Shown piece after piece: positions 61,343 through 64,000 of a stretch of 64,000 nt of DNA. The translations under genes and the position numbers were made by a program. The notes beneath the pieces are model-generated. The model ran no database searches. It was not told the DNA's origin and was given only the letters and a program-made list of their open reading frames with translations. Location of the stretch: assembly GCA_944320495.1 (NCBI GenBank), contig CALUHR010000005.1, forward strand, positions 224,001 to 288,000. The letters run 5' to 3'. This DNA is from Candidatus Methanomethylophilaceae archaeon (lineage in GTDB: Archaea; Thermoplasmatota; Thermoplasmata; Methanomassiliicoccales; Methanomethylophilaceae). Each line of letters starts with the position of its first letter. Position 1 is the first letter of the stretch.

Positions 61343-62149
61343 TTAAAGCGTGCCGTGGTCGCTGTGGTACCTCTTGGGCAGGACGAACAGCTCGCCCTCG
61401 TCGTCGAACCCGACCGAGGCGTCCACCTCGTACACCTTGCGTATCAGCTCGGGGGTGATGACCTTCTTCGGGTCGCCGATGTCGACGATCTCGCCCTTGC
61501 GCATGATGATGCACCTGTCGCAGTACCTCGCCATGAGCGAGATGTCATGCTCCGCGACGAGCACGGTCATGTCCTTCTTCACCATGGCGTTGAGGTACTC
61601 CATCACATCCAGCTTGTACTTCATGTCCAGATGCGACGTCGGCTCGTCCACCAGCATCAGGCGGGGGTTCTGGACGTAGGCCTTGGCGATGAGCACGCGC
61701 TGGCGCTCTCCGGACGATAGCGCGCCCACGGCGCGGTCCTTCAGATGGTCGACGCCGAACTTGCGCAGGGCGTCCATCACCATCTCCTCGTCCTCCTCCG
61801 GCTCCCACCAGACGTTCTTGAGATACGGGTACCTCCCGAGCATCACGGTCTCGAACACCGTCAGCCCGAAGCTCCCGCGGAGCTCCGCCGGGACGGTGGC
61901 GACCTTCTTGGCCACCTCGCCCGGCTTCTTGTCCAGGACCGACTCCCCGTCGATCAGGATCTCGCCGGCCGTGGGGTCGTGGAGCCTGTTGATGCACTTC
62001 ATCATGGTGGACTTCCCGCAGCCATTCGGTCCGATCAGACCGACCAGCATACCAGGCTCCAGCGTGAAGGACACGCCGCGCACGGCGCGGTAGCCGTCCT
62101 CATAGGTCTTCTCGAGATTGCGGATCTCGAGGAGCGGAACATCATCCAT
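61343..62149 (-). CDS. Iron-chelate/cobalamin ABC transporter ATP-binding subunit
   Basis: GPNGCGKST, LSSGERQR and VDEPTSHLD motifs. Confidence 0.95.
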   Translation of the reverse strand: MDDVPLLEIRNLEKTYEDGYRAVRGVSFTLEPGMLVGLIGPNGCGKSTMMKCINRLHDPTAGEILIDGESVLDKKPGEVAKKVATVPAELRGSFGLTVFETVMLGRYPYLKNVWWEPEEDEEMVMDALRKFGVDHLKDRAVGALSSGERQRVLIAKAYVQNPRLMLVDEPTSHLDMKYKLDVMEYLNAMVKKDMTVLVAEHDISLMARYCDRCIIMRKGEIVDIGDPKKVITPELIRKVYEVDASVGFDDEGELFVLPKRYHSDHGTL

Positions 62150-64000
62150 CGTAGATCCTCCCCTTCTTGATGAGCAGATACGCGAACACCGGGATGCCGA
62201 TGATCGTGGTGATGGCGCCGACCGGCAGCTCCAGACCGTAGTACCCGGTCCTGGACAGCAGGTCGGCCAGCATGAGCATGACCGCGCCGAAGCACAGCGA
62301 TGCGGGCAGCACCATCCTGTGGTCGCTGCCCAGGAGCATCCTGCACAGGTGAGGGATGACCAGTCCGACGAAACCGATGACCCCGCAGAACGCGACACAC
62401 ACCGAGGTGAGCACGGACGCGAGCACCAGCATGCACCTGTTGAACTGCTTGACGTTGAGACCCATCTCGCGGGCCTGGTCCTCGCCCAGCAGCACCAGGT
62501 TGAACTCCTTCGCCCAGAGCATCGGCACCAGCGACAGGAACAGGGACAGGAACAGGACGACGCCCACCTGCGCCCAGGTGACCTCCGCGAAGGAGCCGTA
62601 GAGCCAGGAGAGGGCGTTGCTGAGCTTCTGCCCGGCCATCGTGAGCATGAGGGTCTGCACGGCGGAGAACGCCAGTCCGACGACCACTCCCGCCAGGACG
62701 TAGTTGATGGAGCTGCCGCCGGCCTTCTCCGCGATGAGCATGGTGCATCCGAATGCCACGAGACCACCGACGATGGCTGAGATCGCGGTGAGGAATATCG
62801 AGTGGTCGGAGAACAGGCCGAAGAACGTGAAGTCGAACGCTATCACGGCGATGGCGGCCACGCCCGCTCCGGAGGACACGCCCATGATGTACGGGTCCAC
62901 CAGGGGGTTCCTGATGATCGCCTGGTAGATCGAGCCGGCCACTGCCAGGCCCATGCCCACCGCCAGCGCGGCGATGGTCCTCGGGAGGCGGAAGACGAAG
63001 ACCGTCGTCTCGGTCGCATCCAGCCCCACCCCGCCCTTGGCTATGGCGGAGAACAGCATGGAGTACGCCTCCACTGGATTGAGGATCTGCGTGGATCCTA
63101 TGCAGAGGCACAGGGTGAACGACACGAACAGCAGGACCGCGGCCACGATCAGCACGAACTTGAGCCTGTGCCTGTTCCTGGTGTTGTGCGAGAGGTTGTC
63201 CCCGTACAGATAGTGGAGGAACCTCTCCTTGAGGTATCTGAAGGGCCTCTCCTCCCCCTTCCCGAACCTGATCGCCGCCCATATCGCGGCGAGGACGAGT
63301 ATTATGACGGCGGCGATGACCGCGAGGTAGACGATGACGGGCGCACCCTGGACATCCTCGGCGACGACGTACTCCGCGAAGACCCCGTCCAGGACGAACA
63401 GCCCCGAGTCGGTGCATCCGATGAACAGATCCCCAAGGATCAGCGGGGACGACATGTTGAAGTTCCTGACCTCGGGCGCGCAGTAGGCCACGCCGTCGAT
63501 CGAGCCGTCCGCGAGCGATATGCGGTAGATGGGGTCGGCCGACGAGTAGCTCGTCAGATACAGCCACTCCCCGTTGACGACGACACCAGCGGAATGGATC
63601 TCCTTCAGACCCTCAGTGACCCTCTCGACCACCCCGTCCGTGCTTATCCTGAGCAGGACGGAGTCCAGCCCCTCGGACACTGTGACGTAGGCCCCGGTGA
63701 AGCCGGCGTTGGACACCGGCGACACATAGCGACCGAAGGTGCCCATGTCCGTGTTCATGTACCTCTGGACGACGATGTCGGAGGACGGATCGTACTCGTA
63801 GACCGCCAGTCCGGAGTTGGACTGGCTCATCCCGAGGCCGTCCGTGACCGTGAAGATGAGCGTGTACGTTGAACCAGTGTCGAAGACGGCGATCTGCCCC
63901 AGCCCGCCGTACATCCTGTCCCTGATCTGGACCTGGTAGACCTCCTCGTCCACCTTGGCGGATCCGTCCGCCGCGTCGAGGATGTAGAGATGTCCGTTGA
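62142..64000 (-). CDS. FecCD/BtuC permease fused to an N-terminal extracellular beta-propeller-like domain (5' partial)
   Basis: RLPRTIAAL...RNPLVDPYIMG and GVIGFVGLVIPH motifs; the frame is open to base 64000. Confidence 0.9.
   Translation of the reverse strand, partial: NGHLYILDAADGSAKVDEEVYQVQIRDRMYGGLGQIAVFDTGSTYTLIFTVTDGLGMSQSNSGLAVYEYDPSSDIVVQRYMNTDMGTFGRYVSPVSNAGFTGAYVTVSEGLDSVLLRISTDGVVERVTEGLKEIHSAGVVVNGEWLYLTSYSSADPIYRISLADGSIDGVAYCAPEVRNFNMSSPLILGDLFIGCTDSGLFVLDGVFAEYVVAEDVQGAPVIVYLAVIAAVIILVLAAIWAAIRFGKGEERPFRYLKERFLHYLYGDNLSHNTRNRHRLKFVLIVAAVLLFVSFTLCLCIGSTQILNPVEAYSMLFSAIAKGGVGLDATETTVFVFRLPRTIAALAVGMGLAVAGSIYQAIIRNPLVDPYIMGVSSGAGVAAIAVIAFDFTFFGLFSDHSIFLTAISAIVGGLVAFGCTMLIAEKAGGSSINYVLAGVVVGLAFSAVQTLMLTMAGQKLSNALSWLYGSFAEVTWAQVGVVLFLSLFLSLVPMLWAKEFNLVLLGEDQAREMGLNVKQFNRCMLVLASVLTSVCVAFCGVIGFVGLVIPHLCRMLLGSDHRMVLPASLCFGAVMLMLADLLSRTGYYGLELPVGAITTIIGIPVFAYLLIKKGRIYDG

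Overview
High-GC archaeal DNA. The Trm5, GGAGG/GGTGA Shine-Dalgarno sites and InlB-repeat adhesins suggest Methanomassiliicoccales, which is an inference. Bases 1-54506 look like the right part of a large integrated element whose left end is outside the window. It ends at a tyrosine integrase and a tRNA 3' fragment (att). The element carries membrane-anchored adhesins, a fusogen-like membrane protein, a Zot/pleolipovirus-type ATPase module, a BcgI-like R-M fusion lacking its methyltransferase catalytic motif, and HicAB-, Doc- and MNT-like genes. It also has an intact tRNA-Asp, a cas-less type I-E CRISPR mini-array and a promoter-like motif present 7 times. A 13.7-kb array of 22 translationally coupled genes encodes mostly acidic proteins that share a Lys/Pro/Ser/Ala-rich basic C-terminal tail. 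Bases 54507-64000 are ordinary host genes. The strongest new signal is the codon CGA. I found none inside any coding region I read, but it is the first in-frame CGA at the expected end of about 18 genes, both element and host, which suggests CGA acts as a stop codon here. Feature ends below use CGA where this applies, with the standard-code end noted. All family assignments come from motif recognition by eye, with no database searches run.
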